Assembly (NCBI GenBank): GCA_035325445.1
Contig: DAOKZW010000002.1
Coordinates: forward strand, 5,826 to 69,825
Length of the DNA stretch: 64,000 nucleotides
Origin: Flavobacteriales bacterium
GTDB lineage: Bacteria; Bacteroidota; Bacteroidia; Flavobacteriales_F; PHOS-HE28
Direction: 5' to 3'
Shown: positions 40,319 to 49,017 of the stretch, piece by piece
Numbering within the stretch: position 1 is the stretch's first letter
How the letters are laid out: every line of letters begins with the position of its first letter
Notes under the pieces: generated by a model
The model's input: only the letters and a program-made list of their open reading frames with translations
Databases searched by the model: none
What the model was told of the DNA's origin: nothing
Made by a program: the position numbers and the translations under genes

Positions 40319-43300
40319 CAGATGCGGTCTGCTTTCTCCAGCAACGTGAATAACTCATCCACCAGCCGCGCCACCAGTATTTCGTCGTCCACCTGGCCGT
40401 AAATGGCGAAGGTGACCTTGGAGCGCAGCTCGCGCAGTTCTTTCTCACTGGTCTTCCAGTGCGGGAAGGCCACGAAGGCGTCCTTGATCTTGCGGCTCAC
40501 CGTCTCGCTTTCGGGCACCTGGGCATCCAGCAGGGTGCGGTACACGAAGTAGGTAAGCCCATCGAAGCCCTTCTCGGCCTGCTCCCGTTTGCGGTCCTCA
40601 TTTTGTTGCACGAGGCGTAGCAGATCATCCAGCGCCTCTTTCGTATCGGACTGGCGGCTTTCGAAGCTCTCCTGCACCGCCTTGGCGCGTTCGGCCATGG
40701 CGATCAGGAAGGGGTCGTCGCTTTCGGACTCGGCCTTCTTCTCGATGCTCTTGACCAAGTTGATCACCTTGGTACCGTCACCCGCATTCTTCTGCTTGAT
40801 CAGCTCGATGGTGCGCTCGTTGATCTCCACCAGCTCCAGCGGCGCGTTCACGTTGTAGGTGCCCACGTGTTCCTGCACCAGGCTGTTCGTCTTGCGCTGG
40901 AACTCCCGGTCCACCTCCACACGCTTGGTGTAGGCCTTGCGCACCACGTCGTAGATGGCGCTCAGCGTGGCATAGGGCTCGATGTAGGGGCGCAGGAAGG
41001 CATCGGGGCTGATGATCTCATACAGCATCTCCACTTCCTTGTACGCCTTGAAGAACTCCTTGCGGCGTTCCGGGTCGCGGAAGTGCTCGATCAGCGTGTC
41101 CACGTCGCGGTCGTCGAAGCGGCCGCCCACCAGCGCCAGGTAGGCGGGTACCTTCTGCTCCATCTTGTTCTTGAACAGACCCTTCAGCAGGGCGATGTCC
41201 TTCACGATGGCATTGACCTCGTCACTATCAAAGGCCAGCGCTTTCTCCAACTTGTCGAAGATGCCCACGAAGTCCAGCACGAAGCCGTGGGGCTTCACCA
41301 TCTCGGCCTGCTCGTTCTCATACGGACGGTTCACCCGGGCGATGGCCTGCAGCAGTGTGTGGTCGCGCATGGGCTTGTCCAGGTACATGGCGTAAAGCAG
41401 CGGCGCATCGTAGCCGGTGAGCAGCTTCTCGGTGACGATGAGGATCTTGGGCTGCTGGTCCAGTTTGGTGAAGGCCTTGCGGATCTGCCGCTCCTTCTTC
41501 TCGTCCAGGTGGAATTCCTTCAGCGCGGCGCTGTCGTTGTTGTTGCCGGTGTACACTACGGCGCTGTACTCGGGCGGCAGGTACTTGTCCAGCGCGTGCT
41601 TGTACAGGGCGCAGGCCTCGCGGTCCACGCCTACGAGGAAGGCCTTGTAGCCGAGCGGCTCCACGTTCTCGGTGTAGTGCTTCGCCACGAACTCGGCCAC
41701 CTTGGGGATGCGCTCCCTGCCCTTCAGGAAGTTCTTCAGGTTCACGGCGCGGTCCAGCACCTTGTTCAGGTGCTCGATGTCCGCCAGGCCCTCGGCCTCG
41801 GCCAGCGAGAGGAACTCCTTGTCCAGCGTTTCGTGCGGCACCAGCAGCTCGTTCGGCGCCAGGTTGTAGTACAGCGGCAATGTGGTGCCGTCGCTGATGC
41901 TGTCGGCGATGCTGTACTTGTGCAGGTAGCCTTTGTCGTCCTCCCCGCCGAAGGTCTTGAAGGTGCCACGTCCGTAGGCGGTCTTGTCGATGGGTGTGCC
42001 GGTGAAGCCGATGTAACTCGCGTTCGGCAATCCGGCCATGAGGAAGTTGCCCAGGTCGCCGCCGGTGGTGCGGTGCGCCTCGTCGATCAGCACGTAGATG
42101 TTCTTCCGCGTGTTGATGTTTGCCGGCATGTCGCGGAACTTGTGCACCATGCACACGATGATGCCGCGGTAGTCGTCCTTCAGCAGCTTGTTCAGCCGGG
42201 CGATGCTCTCGGCGTGCTCGATGTTGCCCAGGCCCAGCGCCGCGAGGTTCTTCAGCATCTGGTCCTCCAGCTCGTTGCGGTCGATCATCAGCAGCACCGT
42301 GGGCTTGTCCGCCTCGGGGGCCTTGAAGAGCAGCTCGGCGGCCTTGATCATGGTGAAGGTCTTGCCGCTGCCCTGCGTGTGCCACACCAGCCCGCGCCGC
42401 CGTTGCGGGTCCAGCGCGCGGTGCACCACGCGCTCCACGGCCGTGGTCTGGTGCTGGCGCAGGATGTACTTGTTCAGCTCCTCATCCTTCTCGGCGAAGA
42501 CAATGAAGTCCTTCAGCAGGGCCAGCACCTGGGGGATGGCGCAGAAGCTTTTCACCTTGGCCTCCAGTCGGCCGGGGGTGTAGGATGGCGGACCTCCTGG
42601 TCCGCCCGAGATCCCGGTGCTATGCGGCGGACCGGGAGGTCCGCCTTCCGTCAATGCGTCCTTCTCGTAGAGCAGGTACTCACCCTCCTTCAGCCCGCTC
42701 TTCACCGGATTGTTGCGGATGTAATCACACACCTGCTCAAAGTGGTCCTCGTTGCGGATCAGCCGGTCCCAGTACTCGTCCATCCAAAGCGAACCGGTCT
42801 TACCCAGGCGCTTATTCACTTCACGTGCGCTGAAGCCCTTCCATGACTTCACGATCTCACCGATCGTGTGGCCGTTCAGCGGGCGGAACAGCACATGCAC
42901 GTGGTTCGGCATCACCACGTAGCTCACGACTTCATAGCGGTCGCCGTCGAAGTGAAGGATCGCATCACCAACAATGCGGGCCAACTCCGGCTTCCGGAAG
43001 GGGCACGAGCCTTTGCCGGCGTCCAGCCACTTGTCCATGCGGCGGCTGAAGCGGTCGAAATGCTCCAGTTCGATGGCTTCGGTCCACGGTTCGGGGTGTT
43101 CGCGCAACCACGCATCGCGCTCGGCTTTCCATTCATCCAAAACTTCACGTGGAAGAGAGTCGCCCATGCGCCACGTCACGGAGCAGTACACGCCGGGTTG
43201 GTGCCAATGCGGTACACGGTGCTCTTTCGGGTTGACGGAGGAGTACGGGTCGAAGAAGGGGCTTTCCGGGATGGCGGACATTCCTGGGACGGCGGACATT

Positions 43301-44091
43301 CCTGTCCGCCCAGTGCTCCGTGGCGGACTGGAAAGTCCGCCTTCCTCCCCCCGTAGGATTTTCCACTCGAAGATGTTGCGGTACACCGTATTCCAGGTCA
43401 CCCCGTACTTGAAGCCGATGGCATCGGTGGCGGTGAAGAGCTGCTGGGGCACCATTACCTCGGGCGTTTCGCGGTGGTAGCGCCGGATCTGGTCGATGCC
43501 CAGGGCGATGCCCTCGTCCTTGGTGGCGTTCTTGCACTCCACCACCAGCACGGGGATGCCGTTGATGAGGAAGACCACATCCTGCCGCGTGCTGTGGTGG
43601 CCGTTGTGCGTTACCCACTCCTCGGTGACCTCGTAGATATTCCTGTCGGATGGCGGACTTTCTTGTCCGCCCGAGACTCCGGCCACACCCGTGCTCACGC
43701 GCGGACTGGAAAGTCCGCGTTCCAAGACCGCACCGTAATCGATGAGCACCAGGTCGCGCTCGCGGTCCTCTTCGTGGTCGAAGAACTTGCCTTGGTTGCG
43801 CAGGTACTGGAGGAACTCGCGGTTGCCGTAGATGTCCGTGTGCAGGTGGCGCAAGCGGCCCGGCAGGGCACCGGGAGCCTCGGTGTAGCGCGGGTTGAAG
43901 CGCCGCACCTGCGCATCCAGCACCTCTTCGAAATAGAGGCTGGCACCCCTGGCCCGTTCACTGCCCGTAGCGGCGGCGTTGAAACCCCGGCGCCGCTCGG
44001 CGGTTTCGCGCGGCACCACGGCCCAGCCCACCTCCTTGGCGTAGGCCAGGATGCGCGCTTGAACGGTCTTGTGTTCGCCGGGGGTGGGCAT
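40318..44091 (-). CDS. hsdR: type I restriction enzyme R subunit (HsdR) carrying three in-frame REP insertions and an in-frame RayT-like transposase domain
   Basis: N-terminal PD-(D/E)xK nuclease (DVVFLINGIPVLVVECK), helicase motif I HTQGSGKTFTM, DEAH-type LIDEAHR, motif VI region, C-terminal helical domain. The 1257-aa ORF is continuous. About 290 extra residues (aa 251-510) plus a 25-aa insert at aa 126-150 are not HsdR-like. Confidence 0.85.
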   Translation of the reverse strand: MPTPGEHKTVQARILAYAKEVGWAVVPRETAERRRGFNAAATGSERARGASLYFEEVLDAQVRRFNPRYTEAPGALPGRLRHLHTDIYGNREFLQYLRNQGKFFDHEEDRERDLVLIDYGAVLERGLSSPRVSTGVAGVSGGQESPPSDRNIYEVTEEWVTHNGHHSTRQDVVFLINGIPVLVVECKNATKDEGIALGIDQIRRYHRETPEVMVPQQLFTATDAIGFKYGVTWNTVYRNIFEWKILRGEEGGLSSPPRSTGRTGMSAVPGMSAIPESPFFDPYSSVNPKEHRVPHWHQPGVYCSVTWRMGDSLPREVLDEWKAERDAWLREHPEPWTEAIELEHFDRFSRRMDKWLDAGKGSCPFRKPELARIVGDAILHFDGDRYEVVSYVVMPNHVHVLFRPLNGHTIGEIVKSWKGFSAREVNKRLGKTGSLWMDEYWDRLIRNEDHFEQVCDYIRNNPVKSGLKEGEYLLYEKDALTEGGPPGPPHSTGISGGPGGPPSYTPGRLEAKVKSFCAIPQVLALLKDFIVFAEKDEELNKYILRQHQTTAVERVVHRALDPQRRRGLVWHTQGSGKTFTMIKAAELLFKAPEADKPTVLLMIDRNELEDQMLKNLAALGLGNIEHAESIARLNKLLKDDYRGIIVCMVHKFRDMPANINTRKNIYVLIDEAHRTTGGDLGNFLMAGLPNASYIGFTGTPIDKTAYGRGTFKTFGGEDDKGYLHKYSIADSISDGTTLPLYYNLAPNELLVPHETLDKEFLSLAEAEGLADIEHLNKVLDRAVNLKNFLKGRERIPKVAEFVAKHYTENVEPLGYKAFLVGVDREACALYKHALDKYLPPEYSAVVYTGNNNDSAALKEFHLDEKKERQIRKAFTKLDQQPKILIVTEKLLTGYDAPLLYAMYLDKPMRDHTLLQAIARVNRPYENEQAEMVKPHGFVLDFVGIFDKLEKALAFDSDEVNAIVKDIALLKGLFKNKMEQKVPAYLALVGGRFDDRDVDTLIEHFRDPERRKEFFKAYKEVEMLYEIISPDAFLRPYIEPYATLSAIYDVVRKAYTKRVEVDREFQRKTNSLVQEHVGTYNVNAPLELVEINERTIELIKQKNAGDGTKVINLVKSIEKKAESESDDPFLIAMAERAKAVQESFESRQSDTKEALDDLLRLVQQNEDRKREQAEKGFDGLTYFVYRTLLDAQVPESETVSRKIKDAFVAFPHWKTSEKELRELRSKVTFAIYGQVDDEILVARLVDELFTLLEKADRI
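42587..42645. repeat. REP-like palindromic doublet (inside hsdR, in-frame)
   Basis: GGCGGACCTCCTGGTCCGCC ... GGCGGACCGGGAGGTCCGCC: two perfect 8-bp-stem hairpins 19 nt apart. Confidence 0.75.
42646..43260 (-). mobile_element. RayT / IS200-like Y1 HUH tyrosine transposase domain, in-frame inside hsdR, flanked by REP doublets
   Basis: Residues about 278-482 of the hsdR ORF. HUH motif VVMPNHVHVLF and catalytic-Tyr helix FEQVCDYIRNNPVKSGL. No homology to HsdR. Confidence 0.6.
43273..43341. repeat. REP-like palindromic element (inside hsdR, in-frame)
   Basis: GGCGGACATTCCTGGGAC GGCGGACATTCCTGTCCGCC cagtgctccgt GGCGGACTGGAAAGTCCGCC. Translates as SSPPRSTGRTGMSAVPGMSAIPESP. Confidence 0.75.
43652..43718. 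repeat. REP-like palindromic doublet (inside hsdR nuclease domain, in-frame)
   Basis: GGCGGACTTTCTTGTCCGCC ... GCGGACTGGAAAGTCCGC. Translates as LSSPRVSTGVAGVSGGQESPPSDR. Confidence 0.7.
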
Positions 44092-44094
44092 GGT

Positions 44095-46029
44095 TTATAC
44101 TGTCGGCCAATCTTCAGGTACCAGCTTAAGACCACCGCGCCAACGTTCGCGTATAGTGTCCTGGTACCAATTCTCCTGGAACTCGGCGTGCTCCGTCATG
44201 ATAACTTGAAGCCCCGGTGCCACTTCCTGAACAAGGTCATAGATCAGCTTGAACATCCTTTTCAAGTCCTCCCTATCATCGCCTTTTAGCTCAACCACGT
44301 TGTCTCTTGAAACATCTGGTGGGAAGTACACCTGTGAAGGCTGGTCCAGAAAAAGGAAATGAGGAACAGGACGACGTTGCATTGTAAACCACTTGTGAAG
44401 GGCAAGGTGGCCTATTAAATGATAACCTACCCAGTTCTCACCACTGCCCATCTTGTCCATTGTAATCGCTCCATTGGAAGTTGCCGCAAACACCGTGAGT
44501 TTGTTCACATTTAGGCGTAAGGGATACTTTGAATGTTCGAGCTCCAACCTCTTCGCCCAGATGGACATGTCTTCCGCCAGGATGGAGACGATTGATTCAA
44601 GCCGCTCCTTGATGTCCTCGTCCGACAACTTCTCCTCAAACTCTGCAACTTCAAGCTGCAGGAGCTTCGATTGTCTTTCCAGGTCTAGTGTATTGGGTAA
44701 GTCGGGCAAACTTTCCAAGTACAGACTGATGCGACCAAGGATCAGAGCCCGGAGCGATACATCGTCGCGTAATTGCTTGAGCTTCTCATCAGCCTGAACA
44801 ACCGCGGCCATCGACTCTCGATTCTTACGCAAACTCTCATTCAAGCCGCTAATCTTCGATTGAGTCTCTGCGATAGACTTCTCTACCTGAGGTAGGTTAC
44901 GTTGTACTCTATTCAGTTGGTCAGCCACCTTAGAAATGGAGTCAGTGATGCTCGTGGCGATGGGCAGGTTAGACGTATCCGCCAAACCTTGCTCACACAA
45001 CGGACAGACGTGCGCTTCACCCTGGCTCAATAACCCTATGCTCACCAGCCTTGCCTTCTGTTCCTTAGCCTCTGAAGTGAATCCTACTTCAGCATCCGCA
45101 ATTGATTGAATCGCCGAAAGTTGTGCTTGGAGGTGGCCTCGCTCCGCCAAGAGTCTCTCGCGTTCAGATGCTAGCTTCTCGTACTCGCCGGCATCCGTGC
45201 CCTTGGCGTCTAGCACCGACACACTGGCCTGGCTTGCTTTATGCAGATGTGCAACGAGTTCGTTCCAGTCAGAAGTATCCGGGGCTTGGCTCAAGCCAGC
45301 CTCCCGAGCTTGCGCTAGCAGCGAAGCGGCTTTGCCGATTCCTTCGCCGCGAATTGACCGTAGCTCGTTCAGCTTCCTCTCAATCGAGCGGAGTTCACCC
45401 TTTAACATTCGAAGCCGCTCTTGATTTGCGACATAATCATCGCTCACTGCGCCTAAAAAGAAGGGCAGTGTATCCTTGAGGGCTTGTGCCTTGAAGGAGT
45501 CGTTCGCCTTGTAGAAGAGCTGCTCCGGTTGATTGATCACATACTGTGGTTGAAAACACAGCATTAAAGCGTGGCGCACGGTAGCGGCAACAGGCAATCG
45601 TGTGTGGCCCGCATCAGGAACGTGAATATTCTCCTTTACACCAGTCCATCCTGTCACTATTGAGATTAGGCCCTCCTTGTTTGTATTCGAGATTAGGTCT
45701 TCGAACGCCGGGATAGCGATCTCTCGGCCAATTGCAACGTAACACTCCTCCGAGTAGTCTCCGTCCACCCGCGGCGCTTTGCGGGCAATGAAGGCTTCCC
45801 CGTCATCTAGCTTGAGCCGCAAACCGAACCATGAAACGGCGGAGCGAATAATACCATAAGGCACCTTGCATTTGCCACTACCCATGCAGAAGTCAACAAT
45901 TGATATCAGTGCTGACTTGCCAGTCTTTGAGGCGCCCGTTATGACGTTTACCTCGCCAGGAGTGAATGGGAGCTTACGAACTCGTCCATCATGCGAGTAA
46001 AGCACCAAGTCGTGTATTTGAATGCTCAT
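44095..46029 (-). CDS. SMC/Rad50-like ABC ATPase with coiled coil and CxxC zinc hook (DUF3732-like; candidate ABC-3C ATPase)
   Basis: Walker A VITGASKTGKSAL at N-terminus. About 300-aa heptad-rich middle with CPLCEQ hook. C-terminal signature-like MGSGENW, Walker B/D-loop HFLFLDQPSQ, H-loop IMTEHA. Start set at the Met of MSIQIHDL (CAT 46027-46029), overlapping the upstream stop by 4 nt. Confidence 0.7.
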   Translation of the reverse strand: MSIQIHDLVLYSHDGRVRKLPFTPGEVNVITGASKTGKSALISIVDFCMGSGKCKVPYGIIRSAVSWFGLRLKLDDGEAFIARKAPRVDGDYSEECYVAIGREIAIPAFEDLISNTNKEGLISIVTGWTGVKENIHVPDAGHTRLPVAATVRHALMLCFQPQYVINQPEQLFYKANDSFKAQALKDTLPFFLGAVSDDYVANQERLRMLKGELRSIERKLNELRSIRGEGIGKAASLLAQAREAGLSQAPDTSDWNELVAHLHKASQASVSVLDAKGTDAGEYEKLASERERLLAERGHLQAQLSAIQSIADAEVGFTSEAKEQKARLVSIGLLSQGEAHVCPLCEQGLADTSNLPIATSITDSISKVADQLNRVQRNLPQVEKSIAETQSKISGLNESLRKNRESMAAVVQADEKLKQLRDDVSLRALILGRISLYLESLPDLPNTLDLERQSKLLQLEVAEFEEKLSDEDIKERLESIVSILAEDMSIWAKRLELEHSKYPLRLNVNKLTVFAATSNGAITMDKMGSGENWVGYHLIGHLALHKWFTMQRRPVPHFLFLDQPSQVYFPPDVSRDNVVELKGDDREDLKRMFKLIYDLVQEVAPGLQVIMTEHAEFQENWYQDTIRERWRGGLKLVPEDWPTV

Positions 46030-46538
46030 GGTCTCATCCCCAGAAGGGCATATGTTGTTTCTACTGCACCGGCTCGCATGAGCCACCGACCAAGGAACTC
46101 CGCCTTCTTCATACACTCAGCCACCTCATCGGACATATCGCCACTGGCTCGATTGAACACCACCCTATACTTCGCGTTGGGCACAATCACCTCACCTTCG
46201 ATTTGAAATAGACCACTGTTCGATCCGTAGAGGAGCGCTTCCTTCGCGTAAGGAACCAGCTGCAGAGTTCTGAAGGGCAATCCTGCAACCAGCAATGGGT
46301 TGCTCTCTACCCAGGTCGGTATGGATGATCTTACGTTGGTTGGAAGCGACTCTCGCGTCTTCTGATGCAAGATTAGTGGGAGCAAGAGAAAGGCCTCCAA
46401 GTAGTGCAATGCGGTACGTTTTCCCTTAGGATTCTTAAGCGCATCCGTCGCCGCATGCCAGATGATGAAGGCACAGAACCCAGGGTTGAGCAGGAACCGC
46501 TCTTCATGAGGCCGTTGATTCCAAGGCTGCAACGGCAT
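46026..46538 (-). CDS. small hypothetical protein; candidate middle component of a tripartite ABC-3C-like module
   Basis: 170 aa, no recognisable motif. Wedged between the upstream stop (2-nt gap) and the downstream ATPase start (4-nt overlap). Confidence 0.45.
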   Translation of the reverse strand: MPLQPWNQRPHEERFLLNPGFCAFIIWHAATDALKNPKGKRTALHYLEAFLLLPLILHQKTRESLPTNVRSSIPTWVESNPLLVAGLPFRTLQLVPYAKEALLYGSNSGLFQIEGEVIVPNAKYRVVFNRASGDMSDEVAECMKKAEFLGRWLMRAGAVETTYALLGMRP

Positions 46539-46540
46539 AG

Positions 46541-47740
46541 TCAGCTAAGGATTGAAGCCAAGCGGTCCTTGAACTCTGGATGCCAACCGATCCTCATGTC
46601 GTTCGCCAAAATGTGCAATGAGCCACGGGTAATGAACCCATCATGCACGCCGGGTCTTATCCGAGAGTTTTGATTGCCCTGTTCCGCCCATGCCAGCAGA
46701 TCGCTAGCCGCACGCTTCTTCACTTCTTCAGTGGCGCCTGTACCCAGGGTGTCCTCCATCTGGTGGAATACAGCCTCCCATTCCTCAATCAAGGCCCGCT
46801 CATATACGGTAAGGTCGGCTACAAAGAGCAGGTCTTGGCGCAGCCACCTTGAACGCTGTTCAAAGGCTCTGAAATAGTCACGTATTGCTGCACGCAAACG
46901 CTTTGAATGAGAAGTTGCAAGTTCAACTTGCTTAACAAAGGGCAAGCTCTTGTGCGCCTCCGCGGTATCCGTATCAAGTTCAAAGTTCAGCAGGTCATCA
47001 GCAACAGGCAATGAGTCCTGGCGGAATCGATCGCGAACTTCAGTCACCTGCGCTTCAATTTCCTCGGACAGTATTCTACTACTTAACGAAGTGTCCAAGA
47101 GTTGCTGGATAACACGCCTAAACCACCAGCCTTCCAGATACTCAACGAACGTTTCACGATTGTTCTTCCCTGCAGCATAGTGCACTTCTGCCGCAAGAAG
47201 AGAATTGACGCCTTCGATGTCAGGCGCTTGGTCAATGACAAGTACTCGCTCAAGTAGCTCACGGCACTGGCTTGGTTTCCATGCCTTATAGGCGGCGTAT
47301 GCGCTCTCGTTCGTCGCGCTCTCCGAAGTTTGAGCCACGGCCAAAAGTCCCTTCATCGCGCCCTCAACATCTCTGTCTTTCGTTTTCAGCTTTCCTGCAA
47401 TAGAAGCGGCCTGTGCTGTCTCAGAGGTCACGAGGAAGAGCATCGTGTCCTTAGCTAGCTTTCCAGCATTAGTTAGCTCAATCCAAATACGCAGCGTTTT
47501 CCAAAGATCACTGGAGCTGTTCATAAGATTTCCCTTACGGTTCAAATGATGCTTGGTCTGTAGCAGATCCGTTGGCGTGCCAAGCTTCTCGAAAGCAACG
47601 TCATCGAGTGTCTCCACTGAGACACTGAATATTTCGCTGTTCTTCAACCGCTGAAGGCTCCACAACAGTGCACACCGAACCTGGTATAGGTAGCCCAATG
47701 CAGATTCTGCGGCTGAGAATTGCGCTGTTGTATCGGTCAT
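46541..47740 (-). CDS. hypothetical protein; candidate effector with N-terminal restriction-endonuclease-like (Cap4/DUF4297-type) region
   Basis: N-terminus ESALGYLYQVRCALLWSL ... VSVETLDDVAFEK ... LLQTKHH resembles the G-Y-x-Y-Q start and D / (E,Q)xK pattern of PD-(D/E)xK-type Cap4 nuclease domains. ATG overlaps the hsdS stop (ATGA). Confidence 0.45.
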   Translation of the reverse strand: MTDTTAQFSAAESALGYLYQVRCALLWSLQRLKNSEIFSVSVETLDDVAFEKLGTPTDLLQTKHHLNRKGNLMNSSSDLWKTLRIWIELTNAGKLAKDTMLFLVTSETAQAASIAGKLKTKDRDVEGAMKGLLAVAQTSESATNESAYAAYKAWKPSQCRELLERVLVIDQAPDIEGVNSLLAAEVHYAAGKNNRETFVEYLEGWWFRRVIQQLLDTSLSSRILSEEIEAQVTEVRDRFRQDSLPVADDLLNFELDTDTAEAHKSLPFVKQVELATSHSKRLRAAIRDYFRAFEQRSRWLRQDLLFVADLTVYERALIEEWEAVFHQMEDTLGTGATEEVKKRAASDLLAWAEQGNQNSRIRPGVHDGFITRGSLHILANDMRIGWHPEFKDRLASILS

Positions 47741-49017
47741 GCTCGTACTGATGTGTAGTACGTGACTTCTTTAGGAACCCTCACCTTCCCCGTCATCAGC
47801 TCATGAAGCAGGGTGCGGAAGAGGTCTTGGAGTGACGTGAGTTTCGTTCGGTGGTGTTCGCCCTTGCGTTCAATCGCAAGCAAAGCATCTGTGATGCCAT
47901 TCTGCACATCAAGCCCAGGAAGTGGTAGTGGCATACTCCTCACATCGGCCACATTGAGATGGGCTACCGTGAGGCCACTGGCGATCGACTTCATGTGCTT
48001 GCTCAGTACCGGACTGTAGAAGCTGTAGACGAGGAACTCTGGACTAAGCCTAGATCGGTCTGTGCGTATCAGCATGGTTCGTTGCCCCAAGCTGAGTCGC
48101 ATGCCTTCCGGAATGACGCATGCTTCACCTACCGGAGCCTCGCGACTGAACAGAACATCACCTGGTTCGGGCACGGCGCGCCGAACACGATCACGATACT
48201 GCTCCTCGCTCGTGAAGAAGGCTGGTTCCGGCACGAAACGACCATCGCGGATGTTGAAGTTCCGGGCGACGCGTACCCCAGTGGTCAGGAACTTCGGCGT
48301 GGTATGCGGGCAATCGATGACCAGTTCACACACTGACTGCAAAGGCACCACCTCCCAACTCTCCGGCACCAACCCGATCTCGGTCTCCTTCTGGGCTTCG
48401 CCGCGCAGCCCTTCGGTGAAGAGCTTTTGCATCAGGGCCTGCTTCAGCTCGGTGGTGGTGCGGATCAGGCGCTCCTGCTGTTCGATGGCCGATTGCACCG
48501 TGCTGAGCACTTGGGCGATGCGCTGCTGTTCGGCAAGCGGTGGCAGTGGGAGTTCAGACCCGAACACGTCGGATTCACGCACCGCCGGATATCCTGCGCC
48601 ACGTTCCAATCCTGCCATACGTGCTATGAAGCCATCCGTAAGGAGGAATGAGTAGAGGTACCGGGGATCAACCTTGCTCCGGTCGCTCCGAAGCACGCAA
48701 TAGCCTGTGCTAGCGATCTGGCCATCCAGCTTCTCCGGTACTAGCGCCACACGCCTAAGCGTAGGACGGACAGTTGCGAAGAGCACATCGTCCCGGCGTA
48801 TCTCTTTCCGCGCACGGCTCGGCGCATCTTTCCCTACTAGAGAAGCTGACTCTGTGATCTTGAACGATTCATTGGATACGCTGGAAACATCCACATACGC
48901 GAAGCGCTCATGAGGTGCTTTGCGCGGGTCCCGTTGCTTCGCCTTGAGCACTAGGTTCCCGATGCGCTCGCGGCGCCAACCTTGGGGCAAGTCGTATGGA
49001 AGTTCATCCTCCATCAT
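47737..49017 (-). CDS. hsdS: type I restriction-modification specificity subunit HsdS
   Basis: Two target-recognition domains separated by the conserved central helix LPPLAEQQRIAQVL and the C-terminal helix LQDLFRTLLHELMTGKVRV. Start overlaps the hsdM stop (ATGA). Confidence 0.85.
   Translation of the reverse strand: MMEDELPYDLPQGWRRERIGNLVLKAKQRDPRKAPHERFAYVDVSSVSNESFKITESASLVGKDAPSRARKEIRRDDVLFATVRPTLRRVALVPEKLDGQIASTGYCVLRSDRSKVDPRYLYSFLLTDGFIARMAGLERGAGYPAVRESDVFGSELPLPPLAEQQRIAQVLSTVQSAIEQQERLIRTTTELKQALMQKLFTEGLRGEAQKETEIGLVPESWEVVPLQSVCELVIDCPHTTPKFLTTGVRVARNFNIRDGRFVPEPAFFTSEEQYRDRVRRAVPEPGDVLFSREAPVGEACVIPEGMRLSLGQRTMLIRTDRSRLSPEFLVYSFYSPVLSKHMKSIASGLTVAHLNVADVRSMPLPLPGLDVQNGITDALLAIERKGEHHRTKLTSLQDLFRTLLHELMTGKVRVPKEVTYYTSVRA

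Noticed and set aside
40867-42846. 659-aa plus ORF and 355-aa minus ORF (41318..42385) inside hsdR; 641-aa plus ORF 48996..50921 inside hsdM/hsdS
   Set aside because: Alternative-frame or antisense shadows. HsdR and HsdM motifs are unambiguous in the called frames.
42587-43718. REP hairpins as Rho-independent terminators or an assembly artefact splitting hsdR
   Set aside because: They sit inside a continuous ORF whose flanking segments are both bona fide HsdR domains in the same frame, and they lack U-tracts. An assembly artefact cannot be excluded from sequence alone, but five independent in-frame copies make it unlikely.
44095-46029. RloC/PrrC-type anticodon nuclease as identity of the SMC-like ATPase embedded in the RM locus
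   Set aside because: Coiled coil and CxxC hook are present, but the C-terminus is an ordinary ABC Walker B/D-loop/H-loop lobe with no appended anticodon-nuclease domain. A separate putative nuclease is encoded upstream instead.
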